Positions 38,831 to 51,487 of a DNA stretch of 64,000 nt are shown in pieces. How positions within the stretch are numbered: position 1 is the first letter of the stretch; every line of letters begins with the position of its first letter. The stretch comes from Trichoplax sp. H2 (lineage: Eukaryota), in the NCBI GenBank assembly GCA_003344405.1, contig NOWV01000178.1, positions 62,001-126,000 of the forward strand. The letters run 5' to 3'. The notes beneath the pieces were generated by a model, which did no database searches, had not been told where the DNA came from, and saw only the letters and a program-made list of their open reading frames with translations. The position numbers and the translations under genes were made by a program.

Positions 38831-40938
38831 TTCCTGCTCATTTGCTGAAGTTTACGTGATGCATACCCGTAGTTTTTCCAAGCGACTATTTTGATGAAGC
38901 AAAGATAATCCTTTGTACATACTACTCTAGACTGGTATGCGAATTGCATACAACAAGATTGATCATGAATAGATTAATAAATTTGTAACGAAAAAAAATG
39001 AGTAATAGAATTCGATATACTTCAACCAATTGAAGATCTTAATTGCATCCATATCGAATTATACAGCAACTGCTAGTTGCAATTAGTCTTTAACAGTGAA
39101 TGAAGTACGATAAATACCCTACTATGGCTCATCTTACTCAAAACAGTGTGTTAGACGTTAAAATAATTAAACGTCAGAAGTGACTAGTTGCTAATTACAA
39201 CACATGTTTACATCAATAGCTTCGAAATTTTTGTTACGCTCTCCTATCTCACTATATATACATACTGATATAATCAATAGTTCTTACCAAGCCCAAATGA
39301 TGTAAATGAGCAAAAATATTGCAAGCATTTTTACTGTATTGTACAAGATGCACCATTTTGGCAAGAAAGAGGTAATAATATAGTTATAATTGACGAAATT
39401 GAAACGATAACCGCCATAGCCTAATAAAGTATCATGAAATAATTGTTATAAAATAATTATTATCATTTTTGACGTCATTTCCTAATAAATGATTTGATAA
39501 TTTTCTCTTTAGTATTGTCTGTCAATGCCATCTTTTCATACTTATCGTCCAGTTACGTCAAATAGCGATTATGTAATATATAAAATTTATCACTAATCGG
39601 TTTATTCGTTTTAATAGACTCATCATAAAATTTATGCATTCGATATACGAAGATGCATAAAAAAGTACGTCATATACTTGTCAATTAAAGAGTTTTCATT
39701 TATTATATGAAATTCTACAACTAGCCTATGTATTCACATTAATACAAATTAATCACGAAATTTACAGATCTGATGAGCGAATACAAGCACAAATTACGAC
39801 ATAAATTTATCCATTATCAGAATGATAATTATAACATTGTGAGAGTCTCCATTCGTTCTATAAAAATTTTCATTACTAAGTTGTTTTTTCCATTTTAACA
39901 CAAGTTGAAGGTGAAATTTATAGATCTGATGAGTCAATGTAGAGAAAAAGTACAGCATAAGGTAGATATGTTATTATTTTGATGATGATGCTAGGTAAGA
40001 CCCTTCATTTATCTTTTTAGATACTAGACGCATCTGTACTATCGATAAATAATGACCTTATATTCGATAAAAAAAAAAACGCCGTAATCATAACAAAAAG
40101 ACGATAAACTTTTGTAAGATCGTAAGGAAATTGAAGATACTTACGCGTCTATTGCACACCCTAAGATCGTCGATTTATTGAAAATCTAGTACAAAGCAGT
40201 CGCTATTAACTGTAAATAAAATCTTAAGAAATATCAGCTGATATTGCAATAGCCACATTTAGTAACTTAATTGGTTTTTAAACTATTTAAATAGTCAAAT
40301 TCTGTTACAAAATTATTATAACTCTCTTTTATGATGTAGTAGTGATTTTATTTATTTACTGTTATACCTGTCGTGCAGTATGTCTATGTACAGCATTTAC
40401 GCTAAATGCTTCAATCTTTTCGAAGCATTTTGCAATACCTTATATAAACATAAGAATAACACTTGTGGTATAGGCATGCATCATGATACTTTAGTCAGGC
40501 ATTTAAAGACGAGAACAGAGCAATAGACAAAGTAGATAGAATGCATTATACTGTTGACAGGAAAATAATTATACGTATATAATTAATTACTGTTAATAAG
40601 CCTCAATACAAGAAATACATTCAAAAACCCTTTATTGATTATACGTATCGATCTGTAATAAGTTTACATAATACGACAAAAACAAATGATCCAAGAGAAC
40701 GATAGCGATATCGATATTTGATTATAGAGTCTATTTAATCCTTTAACATATCTGAGATAAAAGTATCAGGAAAGATTTGTTACATGACTGTGTTAGCGTA
40801 ACTGTATTCTCTACATTAAAAATTGTAATTATTATCATCGCCTTCTAAAATCATCCTCACTAACAAGTTATTGCAAACCAAGAATCGGATATATATTTTT
40901 GGTTGCTAAAATTTAAAGATTAATATGGATTAATTAAA

Positions 40939-43900
40939 TTAATTTAACTCAGGTTCTTCGCCTAATCGCTTTTTGATCCGTAATAGTAATGTCGTGGTCC
41001 ATTGGTCAAGGCGTGATATTTTATCATAATCTTTGATCTGTAAAGAGCGGTATTACATTTGACAGTTAGCAGCTTAGCAAAAAGCAATTTATTGATATAA
41101 AGTTATCAAGTGTTAAGGATTGTAAGTAGCTGATACGACAAAAAAACCCTTTTGCATACCATGTTGCGTTAGGCAGTAATAATTACTTACGTGATCAGTA
41201 AATTCATCAACATTTTCTTCTTCACCAGCACAAATAAGTTTCTTTGATAAATTAGATAACAAAATTAACTATTAGCATAAATCAAGTGGATTAATCCGGG
41301 ACATTAAAAGACAGAAATTGGTAGCTTTTCTTCATTCCATCATTTTTTGCCGAGCATACCAACCTCAATTAATTTGCATTCTCTAGAGTCTTGAAACGCT
41401 GGATACATTCCACAATATTTTTCAGCCGCATGCTATGTAAAATGTAATTTTGAATTTTAACCAGTACGTACAGACGGTAGTTATAACGAATTGCTTCCTA
41501 CCTTAGCATCCAGAAAATCTTGGCACATATGACATAAGGAGGCTTTGAAGAAGTACTCCTTGCAGCTATATTTTAATAAAGTATTTTCCAGGCTAGCAGC
41601 CGCTACCTATGATTGAAACTTGAAATTATTACGATGATATCTAACACAATACATGATATGCCATTTCGATATTCAGAACTAATGATGTCTTGTACAGTAG
41701 TTTATGATAATAAATCAACCGTAAATATGCTCAACATTTCTTAAGGTAAGATGAGTAATTTAAAAATAAGCCATACAAATCGTAATAATCTTCAAAATTT
41801 TATACACTACTACACCAAATAATAACGGATTAATAAACCATGGTTACAATATTTATAAATTATCGTTGATAACGATTAAATTAATTAGCCTTTTATCAAA
41901 TATCATACTAATTCAATTAGATTTATATCTCAATACAACCACACATCCATTAAAAGTATGTGCGATAACAGGAACTACAGCTTTTTATTATATCAAAATT
42001 ACTGACCTCTTCGTATATCTCAATAGCCTTTCGATAATCTTCTAATTGAGCTGCATACATAGCTACGCGAAGTAGGCACTTGTTTGCTGAACTAGTCGTT
42101 ATGATATTTCAACATGGGTATTAATTTATTATAGAATTTACACCGAGTCTTTACTGTACTCAGGCAGTTGTATTAAAAATGCTGTTTGTCTAGTTTTAAA
42201 CGGTTTTCGATAGGTACATGGTTAGAAACATACATCGCTTGACAACGAGAGATACACACCTGGTTGAATCTTCTCCTCTGTAATAATCTGCTGCTTTTTC
42301 ATAATTTGCCATTGCCTACGAAAGCATGGTTATTTACTAACAAATCGTATATATTGCGCTATGACATAGATGGTTGATGACTTCGAATTAGCATAAGTTC
42401 ATATCTATTTTGAAAATTACGTAGCGAAAATAAGTTATGGCAACGCGAAATCAAACCTTGTCTACTTCCGTTAGTTCATTTTCGTAAATCTCAGCAATTG
42501 ATATGTGATGCTTTGCAGCGATACTGAATCTTCCCTGGATGCCATATAGTGAACAAATATTTATTATACTGCGGGTATACGATGATATGTTGTACATACT
42601 ACTGATATTATTTATAATTACTATGATTTGAATGATAATTTTCTTATTGCTTTCGCCTTCTGTTGCAATTATTATAAATAATATTATTTACCATGTCCGT
42701 AAAGATTTCGACGGCTTTATTAAGAGATTCGATAGCCTCTGTTGGAAGACAATCAACATAAGATCGTACGTATGTTATGAGAAAGGTATTTGCAATATAG
42801 CTGTAGATAACAAATTAGCCAAGCGTACATACTTTCAGGTTCAGATTTCTTAAAACATGTTGCAGCATCTACGAAGAAGGATGCAGCCTCATGCCGACTT
42901 TGAAGATGGATTTTGAGCCGTGCAGCTTCGCAAAATGCTCCAGCGGCCTCTGTAAAGGTAATATTACCAAGCACATAGAAGTTATATATCTCTAGTAACT
43001 TTAGTGCCATATAGATTCAATCAGGTTGCATAGCAAAATATTGTATTACTGATGTAATTTGATCTAGCAGAAACAATTTAATATAGATGAGCATATTTTG
43101 CCAGGCTTACCGCTCCATTTCTTGGCCATTTTGAATGAATTGCCAGCGCGTTGATATAAGTCACAGGCATCTTCCAATTTTGAAGTAGCTCCTCCTCTGT
43201 ATTTGAAATGAAGTTGAAGACATTAATGATAGAGCCCAGTGAAAAGCAGTAAGCACATATATTGTATTTTAAAACTAAGATTTATAAGTGGATTTGAAGG
43301 ATTTAACGGTAAAAATGCTTTTAAAACTGAGAGAATGACAGTTTAACTTTAAGAATAGAGGCTGAGATGGAAAAGCTGATGTAGATGTCTAATTTTCAGC
43401 AAATTACATTTCTATAAATAAGTTTGTAATAATAAATACTGTACCAGTAGTTATTTTAACGCAAAGAATAATATCTATGCTGTGTTGAAGTTAGCAAAAC
43501 TGTCCTTCTGCCATTGTAGCGAATACGCATAATTTAAATAAGGTATGAGTATAGTAAGTACGCAAATAACGCTCTCAAAGTTTTACCAGCCTATATTTAC
43601 TTCGTTATACTCGTATAATGCCAATGAAAATGTTATAGCATCATTAATCATTTCACCTTTCATTTATATTTGATGAATAGAGTATCAACCTTTAACAAGC
43701 AAGTATACGTGACAATGAATTAAGAAATACTTGTACTGTCAATTGTGCTGCATATATTAACTTGTTAGCAACGGTAAGTACATATGGGCGGCGAAAACCC
43801 AGCGTCGAATCAAGAACTAGACCTATTTGGTCAAATCCTTTCCAAAACTCGACGCTGGTCTCCCAAAATATAAAATTTAAGCAAAACCTTGTGTGTAAAT

Positions 43901-46900
43901 ATATTAGATCATTTCGTATTATTCTTTTAATAAAATAAGATTAAAGAGTCTAATGTCATTAAGGAAAATCATCCATTCACAAAATCTACTTGCAATTTTA
44001 ATTGACAGTGTGGTTGTCCTGTTCAATATCTGAAATTTTCCTCTTGAGCTAATGTTATGTTATGCTTACAAATGCGAAATATTTGAACAATAATAGTCAC
44101 GCACAGCATTCGAAAGGGAGTTTTCTAATCTTACATAATAATATATAAGTCCTCAATATCATTAGTAATTAGTAGGATACCTGCTACAAAACACGCAGTT
44201 ATTCGTCGTTTACACCGTTGCAGTACACTTGTACAGAATCATTTTAATCACGTTAGCCAAAAGCTTACCTATGGCATTAAAATTTAGGAACAATAGCATG
44301 ATAATTGCACGCATCCAATTAAGAATCAAGAAGAAGGTGGCATTAAAATAAAGCGACAAGCCGGTTACCCCCTGGAGTAAAAGACTATGGCTAATAAACT
44401 CTAGTACAAAATTGAGTATCTATCATAATTAATTGGTAAGTTAATGGCAGTCATTAGTCAATCCTAATTACCCTATGTCGTAAGGACATAAAATATCAAT
44501 ATTCAGATTTTATTGAAAAAGTAGCTTAGCGACTCAATCCGGAGCAGAATTGTTGGCACCCCAAGTTAGAAATGTGATTGATCGCTAAGCTTCTTGAACT
44601 GTGCCGTCCGTAAACGTAATCATAACTCAAAATATACTATACAACTTGAATATTGTCTTTACTAAAGGAAGATAAACTAGATTGGAGTCTAAGAGGGTGC
44701 AATTATTCCATCACTGCGAGGGTATACACTTTAAAAGATCGATTGATGATGATATAGCTAGTTCTATTTCACGGTCAACAAACAGGGTGTACAGTTGCAA
44801 GCTACTTATTATTCGTTGGAGGCAAGACAGTAGAATGAATACAGTAATCAAAAGATTAGGTCGCAAAAAGAAGGACATAAATGGGTTTAAGTTACCTGGT
44901 AAACAAGCAATATAATTCAAAATTATTTATCAACATTGAATCCGCAGTGACTTTTTTCAATGCAGTGTGACTACCGTATACGGGACTAAATTACGGTCAA
45001 TTATAAAACTCTTGATGAAGGGTAACAAGGAATTAAGGTACGTTGACCATCATCTATTCATTGTTAAAGTTGGAAAACTTTTCTACGAATTACCTGGACT
45101 ACAAAATAGCTTGAAAAGCCCACCAACAATCGCTATTTTAATGATTGCCCGTGAATGCACGTAGTCAATTGTAAATTGGATAATGTACGCTACCCTATGC
45201 AATGATAAACGCCTACCAGAAACTAGCGTTATTTGGGTTTTCAAATTGTACGGTAGCTATATGAAATGATCATCTCTAATTCTCAATACAAGGATAAGCT
45301 TGATTCCAACATCATAGGCTATATACTACAGCTTCATGAAATTTTATGCCATGATGTCTAGCGAATCTTGTTGTGTTCACAAGCTGAGGATAGTTTTACG
45401 ATCTATTGTCCTATGTATCGAATGCTTACTTCAATAACGAGAATGAAATTGTCGTCAGTGTTTGTTTTAAAGAGTCTCGATGGAATCGGTAGAAAGACTG
45501 TAAGGTGGAATAACGTTTTACGATCTATCGTCGTATTTATGGAATACTGATTTTCATAGTAAGAATGAAATGATCGATAGCGTTTATGTTTTCAAGAGTC
45601 TAAATGGAATTGGTCGAAAGCCTGCGTCGAGCCAAATGATGATTTACGATCTGTTGTCCTTCTTTTTATCCAATGCTTCTTTCCATAACGAGAATGATGA
45701 TCGATAGCGCTTATGTTTTAAAGAGTCTCGATGGAATCGGTAGATAGCTTGTGTAGAAGAGTAGAGCCGAATGATGTTTTACAATCGATCGTCCTATTTA
45801 TCCAATGCTTATTTCCATCATGAGAATGAAATGATGGATGGTGTTTATGTTTTACAAGAGTCTATATAGAGTCGGCAGAGAGCCTGTGTCGAACAGTAGA
45901 GCCGATGTTTACAATCGATCGTCCTATTTAGCTAATGGTTATTTCCATAACAAGAATGAAATCAGCATCGATGGTGTGTACTCGTATGTTGGAAAGGAAT
46001 GGAAATGGAATCGGTCGAAAGTTTGTGTTGTGCAGTCGAGTCAAATGATGGAAAGTAGCACCCAGTTTAGAAGATTGTTCCATCAGCAATAAGAATCTTA
46101 GCGAACGGATGATGATCGTTTTGTAGAGTACAACTCTATTCGAGTCAAGCCGTCAAGTATCCAAGAAAATGGTCATAACTCTAATGCATGGAAAGACCAT
46201 TTCTAAACGACTACAACGACTAGACATTTATGCAATCGTTTCCCGTGTTGTTTTGTTCGATCGCTCGACTAGCTCATCTGCCATCTTATTGGAAAGCAAG
46301 TTAGTGACATTGAAAAGACTAGAATCATTCATTACACAATTATGATGGCCGTTGTAGTTACATGAATAATTCAAAATTCAAAATGGATACATGATGAAGA
46401 AGATGCTCTCCCGTTGTACATGACTGTAGTTTTGTTTAATTTGTAGTACAGTGAAGAAAGTGCTACGATACCGCTTGTATTTACATAAGAAAAACTAGGA
46501 AGAAATGTTGTAAAATGGAATAAATTATGATCATGTTGACGATGTATGACGGTCAGACAAGATATAAGTAGAAATAGACGATTGGAATGCGTTCGATACT
46601 ATTATCCCTGTTACTTGCATGACTTTTATGTAGAGAGCAATTTATCCTTTCTTTACAAAAGCATCCAATCTACTCATAATCCATCCAAGTTCGACATGAT
46701 ATGAGTAGAAATGGACGTGGAGAAGGAGTTTTTGAATGATGATGATACCTATCTCCCATTCGTCTTTGCGTACAACTAGCCAAATAACACGTTCAACACG
46801 TACAAATCTCTATCCAATGAACAGTAAGACGCTATCATTACCCGAAAATGCTGCCAAAAAATCCTTGCGAAGACTTCTCTCTCTTTTGAGCTTGAGCAAC

Positions 46901-46936
46901 AAACTCGAAACCCTTTTGCTCATTGACATCAGCCAT
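40939..46936 (-). CDS. NAPA: Alpha-soluble NSF attachment protein (alpha-SNAP), 295 aa, 11 exons
   Basis: Exons 46936-46842, 43196-43111, 42949-42833, 42738-42692, 42534-42457, 42315-42260, 42091-42007, 41606-41502, 41432-41364, 41241-41191, 41037-40939. Translation: MADVNEQKG...[38 protein letters not shown]...[22 protein letters not shown]...SANKCLL...[13 protein letters not shown]...[12 protein letters not shown]...[20 protein letters not shown]. Confidence 0.97.
45393..46050. repeat. ~120-135-bp degenerate tandem repeat (5 copies) in the 3.6-kb first intron of alpha-SNAP
   Basis: TTTAC(G/A)ATC..T.GTCC...ATGCTT..TTCCATAAC.AGAATGAAAT...AAGAGTCT...TGGAATCGGT.GAAAG units at ~45393, 45514, 45641, 45776 and 45907. 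Confidence 0.85.
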
Positions 46937-47454
46937 TTTGGAAAAGATTGCAGTCAAAACCTGTCCACTCTTGTGGTAGTGTTGGAGGTTAATTGGAGTC
47001 AGATCCTGGTTTGCTGGTGCTTGATTGCCACCGCTGGAAACGTTATACTGAATCTTGTTTGTATCGCGGTGTATGGGAAGGTGGATAGAGAGAGTATATC
47101 ACGCGTACTGTAGCACTGGTTAGCTACTGTAGGCTTTGTCGTAACATGATCGCATTCAGTACTTTATAGCCTATAATAATCCATTTCATTTCTACACCAT
47201 GTTGATTTAGTACCAACTGCATACAGTGCATGGACCGAGGACGACCGATTGATATTGTAGACAATGTACTGTAGAACAAGAAGGATTGGACGATCCATTG
47301 GTCACGACTACACCGCAGTCAGTAGCGAATGCTCTATACTGTCTCTATAAAATTCAACGACGACGTGGGTCAAGACGAAACAGCAACATGATTTTGGGGT
47401 TAATTTCGTGGAAATCTTGTCCATTTCCTCCTTTAGCCAGGCAAAAAGATGAAA

Positions 47455-47905
47455 AAGATCAAGCAATATCCCTACTATACGCTGTTTAGGTTATTCTATT
47501 GTAGGTTGGGCATGTTTTAATGTACCTTAGATACTGTAGAAAGGGTAAAAACAAGACTAAAATGAAGGTTGCTAGCTCTGTTATTAGCCATCGTTGCTAA
47601 CCAGGTTGCCATGATGTCATATTCTACATCATACCGAAAGACTGATGCTGTCATATTCTATTTTTATAATCTCGTCAAGATCAAGCAATATCCCTACTAT
47701 ACGCTATTTAGGTTATTCTATTGTAGGTTGGGCATGTTTCAATGTACCTTAGATACTGTAGAAAGGGTAAAAACAAGACTAAAATGAAGGTTGCTAGCTC
47801 TGTTATTAGTCATCGTTGCTAGCCAGGTTGCCATGATATCCTATTCTACATCATACGGAATTAACTGATGCTGTCATATTCTACAGTATTTTTAGAATCT
47901 CGTCT
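47455..47905. repeat. Near-identical 222-bp tandem duplication between the divergent alpha-SNAP and orphan-gene starts
   Basis: AAGATCAAGCAATATCCCTACTATACGCT...GAAAGGGTAAAAACAAGACTAAAATGAAGGTTGCTAGCTCTG...ACTGATGCTGTCATATTCTA begins at 47455 and again at 47677. Confidence 0.92.
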
Positions 47906-48363
47906 ACAGTAGTGGGCAAATGGATGCCAAGCCATCTAGTCCCGATTAATACACCATCGCTAGCGCATGAATGACAGCACTGATCGAAAGGGAATCGATA
48001 CGATTGATTGATTCTAGTACAAATTATGATGAAATTGGATTGATGAGACTACAATAACTGTTACGGAATGCTCAATGCGATGACATAGAAGTGGATAGAA
48101 CTTGATATTCAAGCCAAGCTGGTTTGCATAAATTAAATCCAGACTTTAAGGAAGTGTCTACAATACTGTATAACAGCATAATATGCTCTCCATAGGGTCC
48201 TTGGAATGGCCGATGGACAGTAAAATGAATATAAACCAGTACACTATAGTACTACTATACTGTAGTACTATAGTGTACTGGACTGTAATCATGATGACTG
48301 GGCTGGTGCAAAAGTTCTCATACTCACTGCAATTAATTTTGATGCACGACGAGAGCTCGAGGT

Positions 48364-50531
48364 ATGGAGCTCGATTTTAACCAATTGTCTATCCGGGAAG
48401 CCAAGGATATCATTGAAAAGCTCAAAAAGGAATGCAATAAACTGGATCAACATTTACAATTGGTAATACATTTACTAGGCGATGCAGTATATCGTGCCAT
48501 TGCTCTACTCTACTCATCATGACCGTCATATTGCTGTACTCCACAGCCAGTCAGCTACAGCTTACTACCCAGATTTTAGAAATTGCAACAGTGTAACCTT
48601 AGTCACTGGTCGATGATCGTATGTTATCCTGCAGAGTAGTCCACAACTGTGCCTTGATACATCCTTATCAAGGAATAAACTCTAGCTTCGTTGCTATAAC
48701 TTAATACAACATAGTACCATCACTGATGAAAATAATTGTAAACAAGTCGTCGTAATACGAGTGATTGATTAGCGATGAAATTGCGTTTTGAATAATATGT
48801 TGCTGTAATAACGCTTCTAATTTATACCATAATTACAGCTAACTTGGGTAGAAGATTGCTATCAAGAGAAGAAACGAATCATCAGCAAAGAGAACCAATC
48901 TCTACATACACAACTTCTATCAAACACTGCAATAAACGATGATGATAATGAAAGGTGCATTATCCCTTGCTTGACGTCAAAAGATATTCAGCCTTTCAAT
49001 AAACACTAGATAGTTTCGTCAATGTTAATAGTAACTCCTCTATGATAGCAGCTTAAATGAATTCTGTCGTAATATAATATATATACAGTCCATGATACAG
49101 TACTGTACATCAAAAATAAGATCAAATTTTGTTTCCCTTGCAAAATGCATTAACACCTGAAATGGGACATAGCCTACCACTACTGAGTAGTTAGCTGTAG
49201 AATGCAACCTTGATACGCGTAGTACTGTTGCAGTCCTTCAACGAAGGTTTGTAATCTCTGCTAGAGTCAAACACTCAATATTAGATGGATACTTGCAAGC
49301 GCTAGAAATTTTAATTACAGTTAGGTTATAGTCATCATGTTGGATGCAAATAGATATATCTACACTAGACAATATATCTATGCGGATATCAATTTTAAGA
49401 TAGGCTATCTATGCGTATATAGGTTGCGTGAAATATATGATGTTATGGTTCGAAATTATCGTCTGGAACAAACGGTATCGGAGATGAAAAAGGTCTTAAT
49501 TCATTCTCAATTGAGTAAGGAAATTTCATTGTTAGGTCAAGCGATGAAGGAAAGTAAGTAAATAAATAATACTTTTAATACGACCTCACGTAGAATTTAT
49601 TGGTCCAATAGTAAATGATTTTCAATCAATAGACACGCTTTGCTGTATATCATTAACATTCCATTCTACATAATCGATATACGTATACTCAATACGGTAA
49701 TAGTATACTCGTATTTCATATTATGAACGCTGTTTTTAATAATACACGAGATCAAAGCTGCTAGTTTACAAATGACTTCTTGCTATCATGAATAAATGAT
49801 GTCATAACTTAGCTTTAGCTTACATGCGGTACATCCTATCAATCCTTAGCTACAGAGACTTTTTCTATGGGGGAAATGAACGCTATGACCTTGTTGCAAT
49901 CGTGGTATTGGATGATAATAGCATATGATCGTAGCCAACATGACATTGGTCAGTTCGTAGTATAAACTTAGTGAATAGTCTATGGATACTCTGTTCTTAT
50001 TCCGAGTGTTTTTATGATGTGCGAGATGACTTATGCAAGTGCTATTCGGTTGATTTAGTATCAGATTCACCAAGTGGCAATTCCACTATACAAGACAAAT
50101 TGTTTTATTACGTCAGCCACCATGTGCAAAGTAAACCTTTACAAAGCGATAAAACGATGCGAAGCGAAACTTCACCCTTTCTTAGCGAGCTGTCTTTCAC
50201 TACTAGGCGAAATGGAATTTGCATAGGTATAACATTGCGATGCCCAAATTTACCAAGGTAACAAATTAGTATTTATGTATATTATACAGCACTTGATAAA
50301 TTTACTCGAAAACAAGAGGTGATACAAGACAACTAATACTAAATCATCTTTTCGTATTATAGACAGGCAATAACTGCTGATCATGAAGGATTTATATCTG
50401 TATCTTCTGACCTTCCTGTACCAAATATTGGCGAACAAGGAAAGGCATATTTATTAGCAGGAAAAAATCCGGCAACCTTTATACAAGACATTATCTGGGA
50501 TTGGATTGATAAAGTGAAAACGACTACTTAA
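48364..50531 (+). CDS. Unidentified protein (~266 aa): N-terminal coiled coil plus C-terminal globular region; exons 48364-48462, 48839-48954, 49423-49553, 49972-50257, 50363-50531
   Basis: Five GT-AG exons join in phase with no stop: MELDFNQLSIREAKDIIEKLKKECNKLDQHLQL|LTWVEDCYQEKKRIISKENQSL...|LREIYDVMVRNYRLEQTVSEMKK...|...IQDKLFYYV...|QAITADHEGF...TFIQDIIWDWIDKVKTTT*. Some boundaries have in-phase alternatives. Confidence 0.62.
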
Positions 50532-51001
50532 ATAATTAATTGAACAAATAGCCTTCTGTTGATCTCCAACCTATACTTTACTTATCATGACGAAGGAATG
50601 TAGTCTACTCGTTGGATTGAAACATAACAAGTTGATTATCTTCCAGTGCAACATAAAACGGAATGCAGTTTTATTCTCTTCGATATACAGATTCTTGCAT
50701 GCCTTCTAACGGAAGACAAAGGTATAAAGCATGTATGTAACAATACCAGATAGGCCACGAGTTATTTTTGTGCTCATGGCTGATACATGTATCATGATGC
50801 AGAGTTAAAACAGAGAATAAGAAAAAATATCATAACAAGTACAATTGTACATCAGGTTTACATTGCTAATGTGATAACGTCAAGGTAAAGGAAATATACC
50901 ATTATTACGGTATTGCTATTAGAGATTTGCTAAATCGTCATGCATTGAGAGGAATTGATGTCAATATATGGAGTATATTCGTATGTATAACATAATTAGA
51001 G

Positions 51002-51038
51002 TTGTACCATGGACTACTAGTTATAGTCCATGGTTGTA
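51002..51038. mobile_element. 27-bp palindromic mini-element (51007-51033) flanked by a TTGTA direct repeat
   Basis: TTGTA-CCATGGACTA-CTAGTTA-TAGTCCATGG-TTGTA: perfect 10-bp inverted repeats plus a 5-bp flanking duplication. Confidence 0.5.
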
Positions 51039-51487
51039 CATAGGTGTGCATAGATACACAACTCTTTTAATAATTTCGACAATAAAATGACTTCATTTCC
51101 TTTGCTTTATAGAAACACTACACAATATTATATAAAATAAAAAATTAAACTCAAAATTCAGTTGGTCAATTGATAACTGCATTTCATTACGTGAGATTTC
51201 AATACGTATAGTCACTCCATTACAGTATATGAGTATTAATACGTACACCTCTCCTTATCTAATTACAATATAGTCATAAATTGAACAACATTGGAAAATA
51301 TTAAATGCTGAAGGAATGTTTGATTCATAAACTTATTGCACAGGATTCCATCAATTAAACATATTTAAAGTAGCATTTGCATAAATATCACTATAAACAT
51401 TATATCATTCAGGGTCATCATACTTTACATAAGGTACCTCTGTACCTCATGACGGGATACTCAAACTAAAGATACGCAATACAACGT

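Noticed and set aside
39755-39965. Two CTGATGAG words ~157 bp apart as hammerhead ribozyme cores
   Set aside because: I could not build stems I-III or a correctly placed GAAA/UH; it looks like a small decayed duplication.
46736-47113. 125-aa plus-strand ORF
   Set aside because: Overlaps alpha-SNAP exon 1 on the opposite strand; treated as an antisense shadow.
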